The notes below the pieces were generated by a model. It was not told the origin of the DNA and ran no database searches. It saw nothing but the letters and a program-made list of their open reading frames with translations. From Methanobacteriota archaeon (GTDB lineage Archaea; Thermoplasmatota; Poseidoniia; Poseidoniales; Poseidoniaceae), in the NCBI GenBank assembly GCA_002710015.1, contig PAOW01000033.1, forward strand, positions 8,059-72,058: DNA of 64,000 nucleotides. Reading direction: 5' to 3'. The translations under genes were made by a program, and so were the position numbers. Shown piece by piece: positions 1-8,312 of this stretch. Position 1 is the stretch's first letter. Each line of letters starts with the position of its first letter.

Positions 1-114
1 CAAAGCGCATATTACAACCCAAATGGTTGCACCATTTTATGCATACCCATTCATAATTCACTCAAATCAGTGCGTTCATATATTATTGGCAATACGGCGA
101 CCCGAGTTGAGACC

Positions 115-516
115 ATGGATGATGAGGTCATGGAATTCGGGATTGCACATAGTCGAAAGTATTCAAGAGACCACTTGTGGTATCAAGAAAAGGACGACAG
201 GTTAGTAATTGGAATATCAGATTTCCTTGCAGCAGACATAGGTGAAGTACTACGAATTATTCTTCCTCATGCGGAAACTGAGGTGGATGAGGAGCAGAAT
301 CTCTTCTCTATCTGGACTGCTGAAGAGAAATTTACATTCCCTAGTCCTTTTGCTGGAGAAATCGCAGAAGTAAACGGTGAGGTAGAGATTAATCCCGAAC
401 TGGTTAATGATTCCCCTTATGATTTGGGCTGGATTATTATTCTAGATCCTCACGATGTTGACATGGAAAATCTACTCGAGCCAGACGAATATGTTGACTT
501 TTTAGCCGAGGGATGA
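115..516 (+). CDS. Glycine cleavage H-protein (GcvH)-like protein, lipoyl-Lys apparently replaced by Glu
   Basis: GcvH motifs KYSRDHLW, IGISDF, SPFAGEIAEVN, PELVNDSPYDLGWI; the canonical ESVK reads WTAE. ATG 115 preferred over GTG 70. Confidence 0.85.
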   Translation: MDDEVMEFGIAHSRKYSRDHLWYQEKDDRLVIGISDFLAADIGEVLRIILPHAETEVDEEQNLFSIWTAEEKFTFPSPFAGEIAEVNGEVEINPELVNDSPYDLGWIIILDPHDVDMENLLEPDEYVDFLAEG

Positions 517-602
517 TTCATTACGTATCTCACGAGGCCAAACCCATATTAATAGACGGCTCTAGCAAGTAATGTAATCATTGGTAATGAGGTTTAGATA
601 GC

Positions 603-1709
603 ATGGACATAGACAAACACGAATTTCAACTAGATGACCTAGTTGAAAGAATAAAGCAAAACGACCTGAAGTTGGTTGCTTTACAAGTTCCGGAAGGTCT
701 CAAAATGCAAGCCTTGGAAATGATGGATGAAATTGAAAGTGAAACCTCAGCAAGAGTGGTGTTATCTGCTGACCCTTGTTATGGAGCTTGTGACTTAGTC
801 CATGACAAAATGCAGAACATAGGTGTAGAATTAGTTGCACACATGGGCCACTCACAGATGAACATTGACTCTGGAATGGCAACCCAATTTATTCCAGTAA
901 CATACCACGGTAGCCCAGAAATCGCTCCGGTTCTACCTTATTTGCACGCTCACAGAGAAATTGCTAGAAGTCGCCTAAATGATGCCTCCGGTCCGGTTTT
1001 GTCGGAACTTGAGGCAATAGACAAGTTCGAGGACATGGTGGGAAGAGTTGCACCGCTTACTGACACAAAACTAGGATTGGTTGGCAGCATACAACACCTA
1101 CACCTACTACATACTTTCAAGAAGCATTTTGAAGATGCAGGATTTGATGTTACAATTCCTGTTGGAGGAGCAAGGCTCACACTACCAGGGCAGGTACTTG
1201 GCTGCAATTATTCAGGAGATGATCCGACAGTTGGTCACTATGTATTCTTGGGAAGCGGAGACTTTCATCCTATTGGCTTAGTTCTTCATACTGGTAAACC
1301 GCTTGCAATGTTAGATCCATATTCAGGAGACGCAAAAGAAATGGGAAGGGAGAGAATAGAACGTATACTCCGGCAGAGATCTGGTTTGATCATGTCTTCT
1401 ATGGATAAGGATAGGTTTGGCATTTTGATTGGTGCTAAGCCGGGTCAGATGCGTAGAAATCTAGCCTTGCGAATGAAGAGAAAATTAGAGAAACACGGTA
1501 AGAAAGGTTTCCTACTTGCAATGGAGCATATTGGTCCCGAACTAATTGATTTTTATCCAGTAGATGTCTTTGTGAACACCGCTTGCCCCAGAATCGCAAT
1601 TGATGATGCTGTCAAGTATGCTAAACCAATGATTACTCCCTATGAGTTACAAGTTGTATTGGGCGAAAAGAAATGGGAGAACGGATATAAGTTTGACCAA
1701 ATACACTGA
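603..1709 (+). CDS. dph2: Diphthamide biosynthesis enzyme Dph2 (2-(3-amino-3-carboxypropyl)histidine synthase)
   Basis: LQVPEGLK, PCYGACD, HMGHS, GQVLGC and TACPRI motifs with the three Fe-S cysteines. Confidence 0.95.
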   Translation: MDIDKHEFQLDDLVERIKQNDLKLVALQVPEGLKMQALEMMDEIESETSARVVLSADPCYGACDLVHDKMQNIGVELVAHMGHSQMNIDSGMATQFIPVTYHGSPEIAPVLPYLHAHREIARSRLNDASGPVLSELEAIDKFEDMVGRVAPLTDTKLGLVGSIQHLHLLHTFKKHFEDAGFDVTIPVGGARLTLPGQVLGCNYSGDDPTVGHYVFLGSGDFHPIGLVLHTGKPLAMLDPYSGDAKEMGRERIERILRQRSGLIMSSMDKDRFGILIGAKPGQMRRNLALRMKRKLEKHGKKGFLLAMEHIGPELIDFYPVDVFVNTACPRIAIDDAVKYAKPMITPYELQVVLGEKKWENGYKFDQIH

Positions 1710-1741
1710 ACTCTTTATCCAGCGCAGCATGTTCTCAAAAT

Positions 1742-1790
1742 GAGATGAACCGCTGACTAGCATTCGGCTTAATGATGACTTTTCTGAGGA
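1742..1790 (+). ncRNA. Candidate atypical C/D-box or k-turn small RNA
   Basis: GAGATGA (1742-1748), CTGA (1753-1756), ATGATGA (1772-1778) and CTGA (1784-1787), followed by a T7 run (1791-1797), in the dph2-cdc6 intergenic region. Confidence 0.4.
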
Positions 1791-1838
1791 TTTTTTTATT
1801 GAAAGTTCAATAACCATAGACGATGACCCTTTGCAGTC

Positions 1839-3023
1839 ATGACCTCATATCTAGACCGCATAGGAGCAGGCCTCGTGCTCAGCAACCCGGAGGTTTTTGG
1901 TTTCGATTTTATTCCAGAAAACTTAGTTGGGAGAGAAGACATGCAGAAGGAACTAGCTGCGATATTCGGTAACATTAGTCATCCTGAAGGGACCGCCAGG
2001 GCTGTCATTACTGGACCGGTAGGCTCTGGGAAAACCGCACTTGCAAAACGGTTCTGCAAAGATGTGATTCGGCATTTCGCTGACAAAAGGAATATCCAAT
2101 ATGTCCACGTAAACTGTCGAAACGCAGCAACTCCGTCTCGAATAATGCAAAAAATAGTTCAGGATTTAGACCCAGGTCATCCAGATAGAGGTCTTGGCGT
2201 GGGAGAACTTCTGACAAGCCTTAGGAGAATGCTCAATAGCAGCAATTCTCACCTTATCGTTATTCTCGATGAAGTAGACCACCTTCTCAGAAGATCTGGA
2301 GACGATATCATATACAAATTGATGAGAATCGATGAGGACAGAGATGGTGCGGGAACACTGTCTGCAATCCTAATTAGTCAAGAGCAAATTCTGGACTTAC
2401 TAGAAAATGCAGTACTTTCAAGAGTTGGTCGATCAAACCACATTAGAATACCTCCTTATGATGAAAATGGACTTTTCAAGATAATCTCTCAAAGGAGAGA
2501 TATTGGTTTAGTAACAGGAACGTGTACGGATGAAATTCTACAATTGGTATCTCAAGCTGCCGCTCCATCTGGAGATGCAAGACAATCTATAGAATTACTT
2601 GAAGGAGCAGCAAAACGAGCTGAAGCAGCCGGGAGATCTATCATCGAATCTAAGGATGTTCAACGTACTGTTGTTACTATGCCAAACAATGCGGATTCTA
2701 TGAATATCGATGACATACCAGTTCATGCAATGCTCATCCTTCTGGGTCTTTGTAGACGTTTGAAGCGACAGGAAAGCGTTACAAGCGGAGAAGCAGAAAA
2801 ACTCTACCACGTTGTCTGTGAAGAATTCGATGAATCTCCAAAAGGACATACTACTTTGTGGAAACACCTGAAAAGATTGACACAGGAAGATATTATCGTA
2901 ACAAGAACTGCCAAAGCAGAAGTCGGAAGGGGGAGAACCCAGCATATTTCGATGCCCCACATGCTCCCCAGTGACGTAGCAAGACGTCTTGAAACACTGA
3001 TTCCGACAAAAATACGTCGATAG
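1839..3023 (+). CDS. cdc6: Orc1/Cdc6 replication initiation protein
   Basis: Walker A GPVGSGKT, YVHVNC, Walker B IVILDEVD, GDARQSI, C-terminal winged helix with GRGRT. Confidence 0.93.
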   Translation: MTSYLDRIGAGLVLSNPEVFGFDFIPENLVGREDMQKELAAIFGNISHPEGTARAVITGPVGSGKTALAKRFCKDVIRHFADKRNIQYVHVNCRNAATPSRIMQKIVQDLDPGHPDRGLGVGELLTSLRRMLNSSNSHLIVILDEVDHLLRRSGDDIIYKLMRIDEDRDGAGTLSAILISQEQILDLLENAVLSRVGRSNHIRIPPYDENGLFKIISQRRDIGLVTGTCTDEILQLVSQAAAPSGDARQSIELLEGAAKRAEAAGRSIIESKDVQRTVVTMPNNADSMNIDDIPVHAMLILLGLCRRLKRQESVTSGEAEKLYHVVCEEFDESPKGHTTLWKHLKRLTQEDIIVTRTAKAEVGRGRTQHISMPHMLPSDVARRLETLIPTKIRR

Positions 3024-3094
3024 ATGATTATTTTTAATGACAAAAGGGCATAAATACCCCGCTCAAGTCGCAAAGCCGCTCAAGGGTTGATAAT

Positions 3095-3574
3095 ATGGCA
3101 GAGACCACATTTGTTGCAGTAGTCAATGACACAAATCCAGACAATAATGGACGTTCTTACAACATGACCGTTAGTGGAAACAATCTTTCACAATTCCTAG
3201 GTAAGAAAATTGGAGATTTGGTTGACGGAATTTTCGTTGGAGAAGGAGAACAAACCCTTGCTGGTTACAAATTGGAGATAACTGGCGGGTCAGACAAGAC
3301 TGGAACTCCGATGAGGAGTGATTTGAGCGGAGGTACACGCCAATCCGTCCTTGTCACCGCTTCAACCGGTTTCAAAGGCCATTCACTAGTATTCAAATCA
3401 AAAGGTGGAGAGAAGAAAAGATTCCGCTACAAACCAGACGGAATGAGAAAGCGAAGAAATTTCCGTGGAAATACAATTACCCAAGACACAAGACAAATCA
3501 ATCTCAAAGTTGTTGAGGCTGCAAACAAAAGCCTGGAAGACATTCTAGGTTCAATTGAGGAGAGCAGCGAGTGA
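3095..3574 (+). CDS. rps6e: 30S ribosomal protein S6e
   Basis: LGKKIGD, GYKLEITGGSDKTGTPMR, GMRKRRNFRGNTI, QINLKVV; conserved position upstream of aIF2-gamma. Confidence 0.95.
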   Translation: MAETTFVAVVNDTNPDNNGRSYNMTVSGNNLSQFLGKKIGDLVDGIFVGEGEQTLAGYKLEITGGSDKTGTPMRSDLSGGTRQSVLVTASTGFKGHSLVFKSKGGEKKRFRYKPDGMRKRRNFRGNTITQDTRQINLKVVEAANKSLEDILGSIEESSE

Positions 3575-3593
3575 AGCCGCGAGGCTGATCTGA
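3571..3593 (+). promoter_or_regulatory. GNRA-capped hairpin flanked by GA pairs (k-turn-like) between rps6e and eif2g
   Basis: GTGA-AGCC-GCGA-GGCT-GA: 4-bp stem, GCGA tetraloop, CTGA on the 3' side. Confidence 0.3.
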
Positions 3594-3614
3594 GGTTTTG
3601 GAAGGTTGGGAAGC

Positions 3615-4853
3615 ATGGCACGCAAGCTTCCCGCACAACCCGAAGTAAACATAGGATTAGTAGGTCACGTAGACCACGGAAAAACCACATTAACACAGGC
3701 TCTTTCTGGAATCTGGACCGATACTCACTCAGAGGAGAGGAAAAGGGGTATTTCAATTAAACTTGGTTATGCAGATACAGCCTTCTACAAAACCGACAAA
3801 GGAGAATACTACGCAACAGGGAAAAGACCAGGTGGAGGCAATGACGATGTTACAGAGCTACAAAGGGTTGTTTCATTCGTAGACGCTCCTGGTCACGAGA
3901 CATTGATGGCGATAATGATTACAGGTGCTAGTATCATGGATGGTGCCATGTTGATGGTCGCTGCAAATGAAACATGCCCGCAACCTCAGACCAGAGAACA
4001 TCTTATGGCATTAGAAATCGCTGGGATCAAGAATATCGTAATCGTGCAAAACAAAATCGATTTGGTGACAAAAGAAAGGGCAATTGAATCATATAATGAA
4101 ATCAAGAATTTCTTGAAAGGAACCATCGTAGAAGACGCACCTATTATTCCAGTATCTGCACATCATGATGTAAACTTGGACATCTTAATCCAAGCGATTG
4201 AAGCCACAATACCAACACCCGACAGGTCACAAGATAAGCGAGCTATCATGCATGTTGCAAGATCTTTTGACATAAATCGACCCGGAACTAGGCCCACAAA
4301 ACTTCGGGGAGGAGTAATCGGAGGAAGCATCGTTGAGGGAGAATTCCAGAAGGATGATGAAATATTAATCGGACCTGGTAGGAAAATTGAGAAAGGCAAC
4401 AAGGTTCACTATGAACCAATCCGAACTAAAGTCTCTAGTATGCAAGGCGGAGGTCTAAATCTAGACAACATGCACGCAGGTGGTCTATGTGGAATGGCTA
4501 CACCATTAGATCCGGCAGTAACCACATCTGATAATCTATCTGGACAGGTTGTTGCTAGAGTGGGAGACCTACCTGAGGTAAGAGAAAAGGTCGACATTTC
4601 TGTAAGTTTGATGGAAAATATGGTGTCTGGAGAGGGAGAGGAACCAAACCAGATTATGCCATTAAGATCTAACGAGATGTTGATGGTTAACGTTGCAACA
4701 GCAACTAGTGTTGGAGTGGTCTCAAATCCAAAGAAGGATAGCGCTACCCTAACATTGAGATTACCAATTTGTGCAGATAAAGGCCAAAGAATATCATTGT
4801 CTAGACGTGTTGGTGCTAGATGGAGACTAATAGGACACGGGACAATCCAGTGA
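3615..4853 (+). CDS. eif2g: Translation initiation factor 2 gamma subunit (aIF2-gamma)
   Basis: QPEVNIGLVGHVDHGKTT, RGISIKLGY, DAPGHE, PQPQTREH, NKID, RSFDINRPG, WRLIG; ATG 3615 preferred. Confidence 0.97.
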   Translation: MARKLPAQPEVNIGLVGHVDHGKTTLTQALSGIWTDTHSEERKRGISIKLGYADTAFYKTDKGEYYATGKRPGGGNDDVTELQRVVSFVDAPGHETLMAIMITGASIMDGAMLMVAANETCPQPQTREHLMALEIAGIKNIVIVQNKIDLVTKERAIESYNEIKNFLKGTIVEDAPIIPVSAHHDVNLDILIQAIEATIPTPDRSQDKRAIMHVARSFDINRPGTRPTKLRGGVIGGSIVEGEFQKDDEILIGPGRKIEKGNKVHYEPIRTKVSSMQGGGLNLDNMHAGGLCGMATPLDPAVTTSDNLSGQVVARVGDLPEVREKVDISVSLMENMVSGEGEEPNQIMPLRSNEMLMVNVATATSVGVVSNPKKDSATLTLRLPICADKGQRISLSRRVGARWRLIGHGTIQ

Positions 4854-5221
4854 TTCTCATGCAATGCGTCCTTGTTGACACCTGTGGATGGGTAGCAGTT
4901 ATCGAGGCAAACCTGAATATAGATAAATCACTAATCGAATGTGCTGGCATAAATCAACTTGCAATATTGCCAAGAGTTTTGGAAGAACTTGAAGCCATTG
5001 AAGGGGTGAATCTAATGCTCCCTATGTTGCGAAAAAAATCAATTGTTTTGGATACTCCAAACAACTCTGGAAAACACACAGATGACCAGTTATTTGTTGT
5101 CGCATCAGAAAATAAATTTCCAATATTAACTGTTGATACGGAATTGAAAAGACGGCTATCTAAAGCAAATCTTCCGTGGATTGAGGTCATCGGTGGGACT
5201 CACCTGAGATACGTTCGATGA
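4850..5221 (+). CDS. PIN-domain protein (Fcf1/Utp24-like)
   Basis: VLVDT, VLEELE, HTDD and TVDTELKRR acidic PIN motifs; usual neighbour of eif2g. Start uncertain (GTG 4850 overlapping the eif2g stop, or ATG 4859). Confidence 0.75.
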   Translation: MILMQCVLVDTCGWVAVIEANLNIDKSLIECAGINQLAILPRVLEELEAIEGVNLMLPMLRKKSIVLDTPNNSGKHTDDQLFVVASENKFPILTVDTELKRRLSKANLPWIEVIGGTHLRYVR

Positions 5222-5222
5222 T

Positions 5223-5519
5223 TTAAGGTAGAGTGAATAATTCGTCGTCTCCATGGCCATCTAGTAACCTAAGTTTTACTCCTGCATCTATCCAAGCATG
5301 AGCGTAATTGATTGCTCCAAACGCCCTGACGTAATCACCATTATCCATGAAAAATCTAGCGTCACTAGAATAGTCATCTGCCATCTTGAGCATAATTTCA
5401 AGCTGATCCCAATCCTTTGTTCCTTCATTTGGTATTGGTGTTGCCTTCTCTCTGGCTTTCTTTGTGAGTTTTAGGTAGTGGTCAACCTTTTCTCTTGTTA
5501 ACTTATCATTTATCTGCAC
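5223..5519 (-). CDS. DUF357 family protein
   Basis: MADDYSSDARFF-GDYVRAFGAINYAHAWIDAG signature. Confidence 0.85.
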   Translation of the reverse strand: MQINDKLTREKVDHYLKLTKKAREKATPIPNEGTKDWDQLEIMLKMADDYSSDARFFMDNGDYVRAFGAINYAHAWIDAGVKLRLLDGHGDDELFTLP

Positions 5520-6548
5520 TCAATCACCTCTTTGCCTTTTCATCAGTCGATTTACATCGCTTGAACGACCCAACGACTCATACAAATTAATCGCAAGCGA
5601 GATTCTACCTTGATCTTCAGCATCACACGCCCGTTTGAAAATTTGTCTTCTTTCTTCCCAATCACTAGCAACTTTAGCTTCTGCAACCATCTTTTGCATC
5701 TCAACCCTTCTGAGTTTTGATAATTCTGGAGACTGCCAAACGCGAACAAGACCATCTCGTCTCACTGTTGCCATCGTATCTGCTGCCAAACCGACTAATG
5801 TATCCCCCAAATCTATGTTCACAGAATCAATAAACAGATTCTCAGTCATAGATGTTAGACTGCCTTCTATCGAAAGGACCCACCAGCCGTCTCCCGCTTT
5901 GTGTGCTGATAGAGGTTCTAAAGAGCGTGTATCAATCGTATCTAGGCTGTCCCATCCATATGGATGAGGGGACCCCTCCCATAGCATTCCATCTGCACTT
6001 TGCAAGAGTAATCTACCTCCTGACATTTTGCTCACCCAAGACCACACTCTATCCTCGAGGAGTCTTTGTGAATCTTCTTTGGCCAACCTAGCACAACGAA
6101 GTTTGCCGTCTTCATCCTGCCAAAGCAAGTGCTCCCTGTCAAACCACCCAACTAAACGCCTAACCCCTCCAGCTTCAAATCTCTTTAATCCTCTACCATC
6201 TTGATTGAAAACATGCAATTGGCCTTTCCTACAAGAAAGTACCCAACCGCCTCCGGGTCTAGGTAGGATGTCACTGAATCCTCCTTGAGTTGCTCTACCA
6301 TCCCCTAATTGTGATCCGTCACTAGCTTTGATGAGATGGAAACCGTGTCCATACAGGAGGCCTATTTTTCCAGAATCATGGTGAGCTGCATGAACTCTGA
6401 AAGGTAATTTCTTTTTCCATCTTTGCTCTAAATCCTCGTCAAGGAGCATTATTTCAAGGCCACATGAAATAAGTAAAGAGTTACCTACTGAAGTGGCAGA
6501 GGATACAATATTAGGTGCTTGCCATGATCTTGATACAGTCCAACTCAT
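5520..6548 (-). CDS. Hypothetical beta-propeller (WD40/PQQ-like) protein with C-terminal helical/TPR-like segment
   Basis: Repeated short Trp/Gly-rich beta strands (GWVLS, GQLHVFN, DGKL, DGMLW, DGLVRVW), then helical ISLAINLYESLG; ATG 6548 overlaps the upstream stop. Confidence 0.6.
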   Translation of the reverse strand: MSWTVSRSWQAPNIVSSATSVGNSLLISCGLEIMLLDEDLEQRWKKKLPFRVHAAHHDSGKIGLLYGHGFHLIKASDGSQLGDGRATQGGFSDILPRPGGGWVLSCRKGQLHVFNQDGRGLKRFEAGGVRRLVGWFDREHLLWQDEDGKLRCARLAKEDSQRLLEDRVWSWVSKMSGGRLLLQSADGMLWEGSPHPYGWDSLDTIDTRSLEPLSAHKAGDGWWVLSIEGSLTSMTENLFIDSVNIDLGDTLVGLAADTMATVRRDGLVRVWQSPELSKLRRVEMQKMVAEAKVASDWEERRQIFKRACDAEDQGRISLAINLYESLGRSSDVNRLMKRQRGD

Positions 6549-8104
6549 ACACTCACCTCCATCATACCCCATGCAACTAGTTGCGCCCTTGCATCATTTG
6601 TCAACTTAAACATCCTTGACCTACCTTTTTGTTGAACTGACAAAATACCACTCCTATAGAGCCGGTTACACATCTGCGACATTCTAGGCCTTCCAACATT
6701 TAGTCGATCTTGAAGACGGTTATCTGAGGGAGAGATTTCACGCTCAGATGATACCTCCACCAATACTGCTTCACTCTTTGATAGGTTTCTTAACGTTTGA
6801 ACATCCAGAGGACTACTGCTTCTCTGTCCAATAACTGGTCTCCTCAATGCGGCGAGTAAATCTGCTAAACCTAGTCCGTCCGGCACACCAATTGCATCTA
6901 GTAATTGGGAAAATAGACCTTCAACATCTTTATTTGTTCCACTGTCTATTATATTGTCCTCATACATTTCTTCATCCTCTGAAAAGTAATCATCCTCAAC
7001 TTGATGATTGTCTTGAATTGGTTGTATTAATGTAGCACTTGGGTCATCAGATATCCATAATTGATTTTCCTCTCCTGCCAATTTTTCTGGAACCTTATAC
7101 TCGGCTTTAGTTTTATCAAAAGGTGGAGCATCTGTTTTATTCAAACGATTTCTTGCTACCAAAGCACCAAATCCTCCCATTGAGGACACAGGAGGTGGTG
7201 ATTGGTATTCTGCGGGAGGTTTTTGTAAACGATCTAGGTCAAGGTCGAAGCTGTTTTGCGGATCTAGGGTTTTATCGATAGCATCAAACTCTTTCATATG
7301 ATTAGTTTTATTTTCAATTTCTTCTTGTATTGTATCTACTTCCAAGTCATCATATTGTATCTCGCGAGGATTAGCCCTCTCATCATCCACTATTTCTCGA
7401 AGCAGACGCATGACTTTGTATGGTGACCCTCCTGTTTTGTCCATAACATAATCTAGAGCATCTTCATTCATTGACCAACCCAATTTTGAGGTAGTAGCTA
7501 TCCTTGCTTCACATAATTCTTTTACTTCATCTGCTTGAAGGGGCTGAATAACCTCTGTATGGTCGAATCTGGTTACCAGTGATGTAGGCCATTGGGCTCT
7601 TTGCTCAGTTGAAAGAGAGATTATCACTACTGCATTTAATCTCTCCAAAGGAGATATCAGGTTAGAAATGACTTGAGACAGATGAGATCCGTCTACATTT
7701 GGGAAATCTAGAGATATCAGCGGTATCGATCCATCCAAGTTTTCAGTAAATGATACTAATCTTGATGCTATTTCTTGTGTACTGGAAGGAACATCAAATC
7801 CAATCATGGATACAAATAACTCGTTTAGTATACTATGCGAGTGATTTTCGGTTGGAAACATGTCTAGATGTACGCTTTTTGAGGTCTCCCTGGACATACA
7901 TCTCATCAAAGATGACCGCCCAGAGCCCCTCTCTCCTATGAGTAAAATTAGCCTAGGAGTTCGATTTTTCAAGAACCTTGACCATCTGGCACTTAACTCA
8001 TCCCTTGCAACTAGCAATTCAGCTTGACCTGGTTCTAGTGGCCTAGCCTTGAAGGGATTCTCTCGTAAAGCAGGTAACCCAAGAATTGGATATTCTTCAG
8101 CCAT
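6545..8104 (-). CDS. AAA+-like P-loop protein with acidic linker and C-terminal winged-helix DNA-binding domain
   Basis: N-terminal LRENPF, variant Walker A GERGSGRSS, ISLDF, RFD, TGGSPY lid; acidic linker; wHTH LQDRLNVGRPRMSQMCNRLYRSGILSVQQKGRSRMFKLT. Confidence 0.7.
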   Translation of the reverse strand: MAEEYPILGLPALRENPFKARPLEPGQAELLVARDELSARWSRFLKNRTPRLILLIGERGSGRSSLMRCMSRETSKSVHLDMFPTENHSHSILNELFVSMIGFDVPSSTQEIASRLVSFTENLDGSIPLISLDFPNVDGSHLSQVISNLISPLERLNAVVIISLSTEQRAQWPTSLVTRFDHTEVIQPLQADEVKELCEARIATTSKLGWSMNEDALDYVMDKTGGSPYKVMRLLREIVDDERANPREIQYDDLEVDTIQEEIENKTNHMKEFDAIDKTLDPQNSFDLDLDRLQKPPAEYQSPPPVSSMGGFGALVARNRLNKTDAPPFDKTKAEYKVPEKLAGEENQLWISDDPSATLIQPIQDNHQVEDDYFSEDEEMYEDNIIDSGTNKDVEGLFSQLLDAIGVPDGLGLADLLAALRRPVIGQRSSSPLDVQTLRNLSKSEAVLVEVSSEREISPSDNRLQDRLNVGRPRMSQMCNRLYRSGILSVQQKGRSRMFKLTNDARAQLVAWGMMEVSV

Positions 8105-8152
8105 ATGCACACTCAACTTTAGCGAGTATATGATGTTTCACATAATTGATTA

Positions 8153-8257
8153 GCATTAGACGTGCGTTAACACACGTTATTAGTGATACCAATAGTATTT
8201 TTTTTACCATATTAACGCATCATTAACAATCTATTAACGCGTTAACTAATGCGTTAA
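8153..8257. repeat. Array of GCGTTAA/TTAACGC heptamers flanking a T-tract
   Basis: Perfect copies at 8164, 8212, 8234, 8239, 8251; degenerate copies at 8153, 8174, 8223; T8 run at 8198-8205. Confidence 0.8.
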
Positions 8258-8312
8258 TCCAACGGTTCATTCATCAAGAGGGATAGCATGGGCCTGAATC
8301 AGAGGAAGATGA

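Noticed and set aside
1710-1838. Canonical ORB-type origin upstream of cdc6
   Set aside because: No repeated ORB-like motif or G-string is recognisable; the region is only 129 bp.
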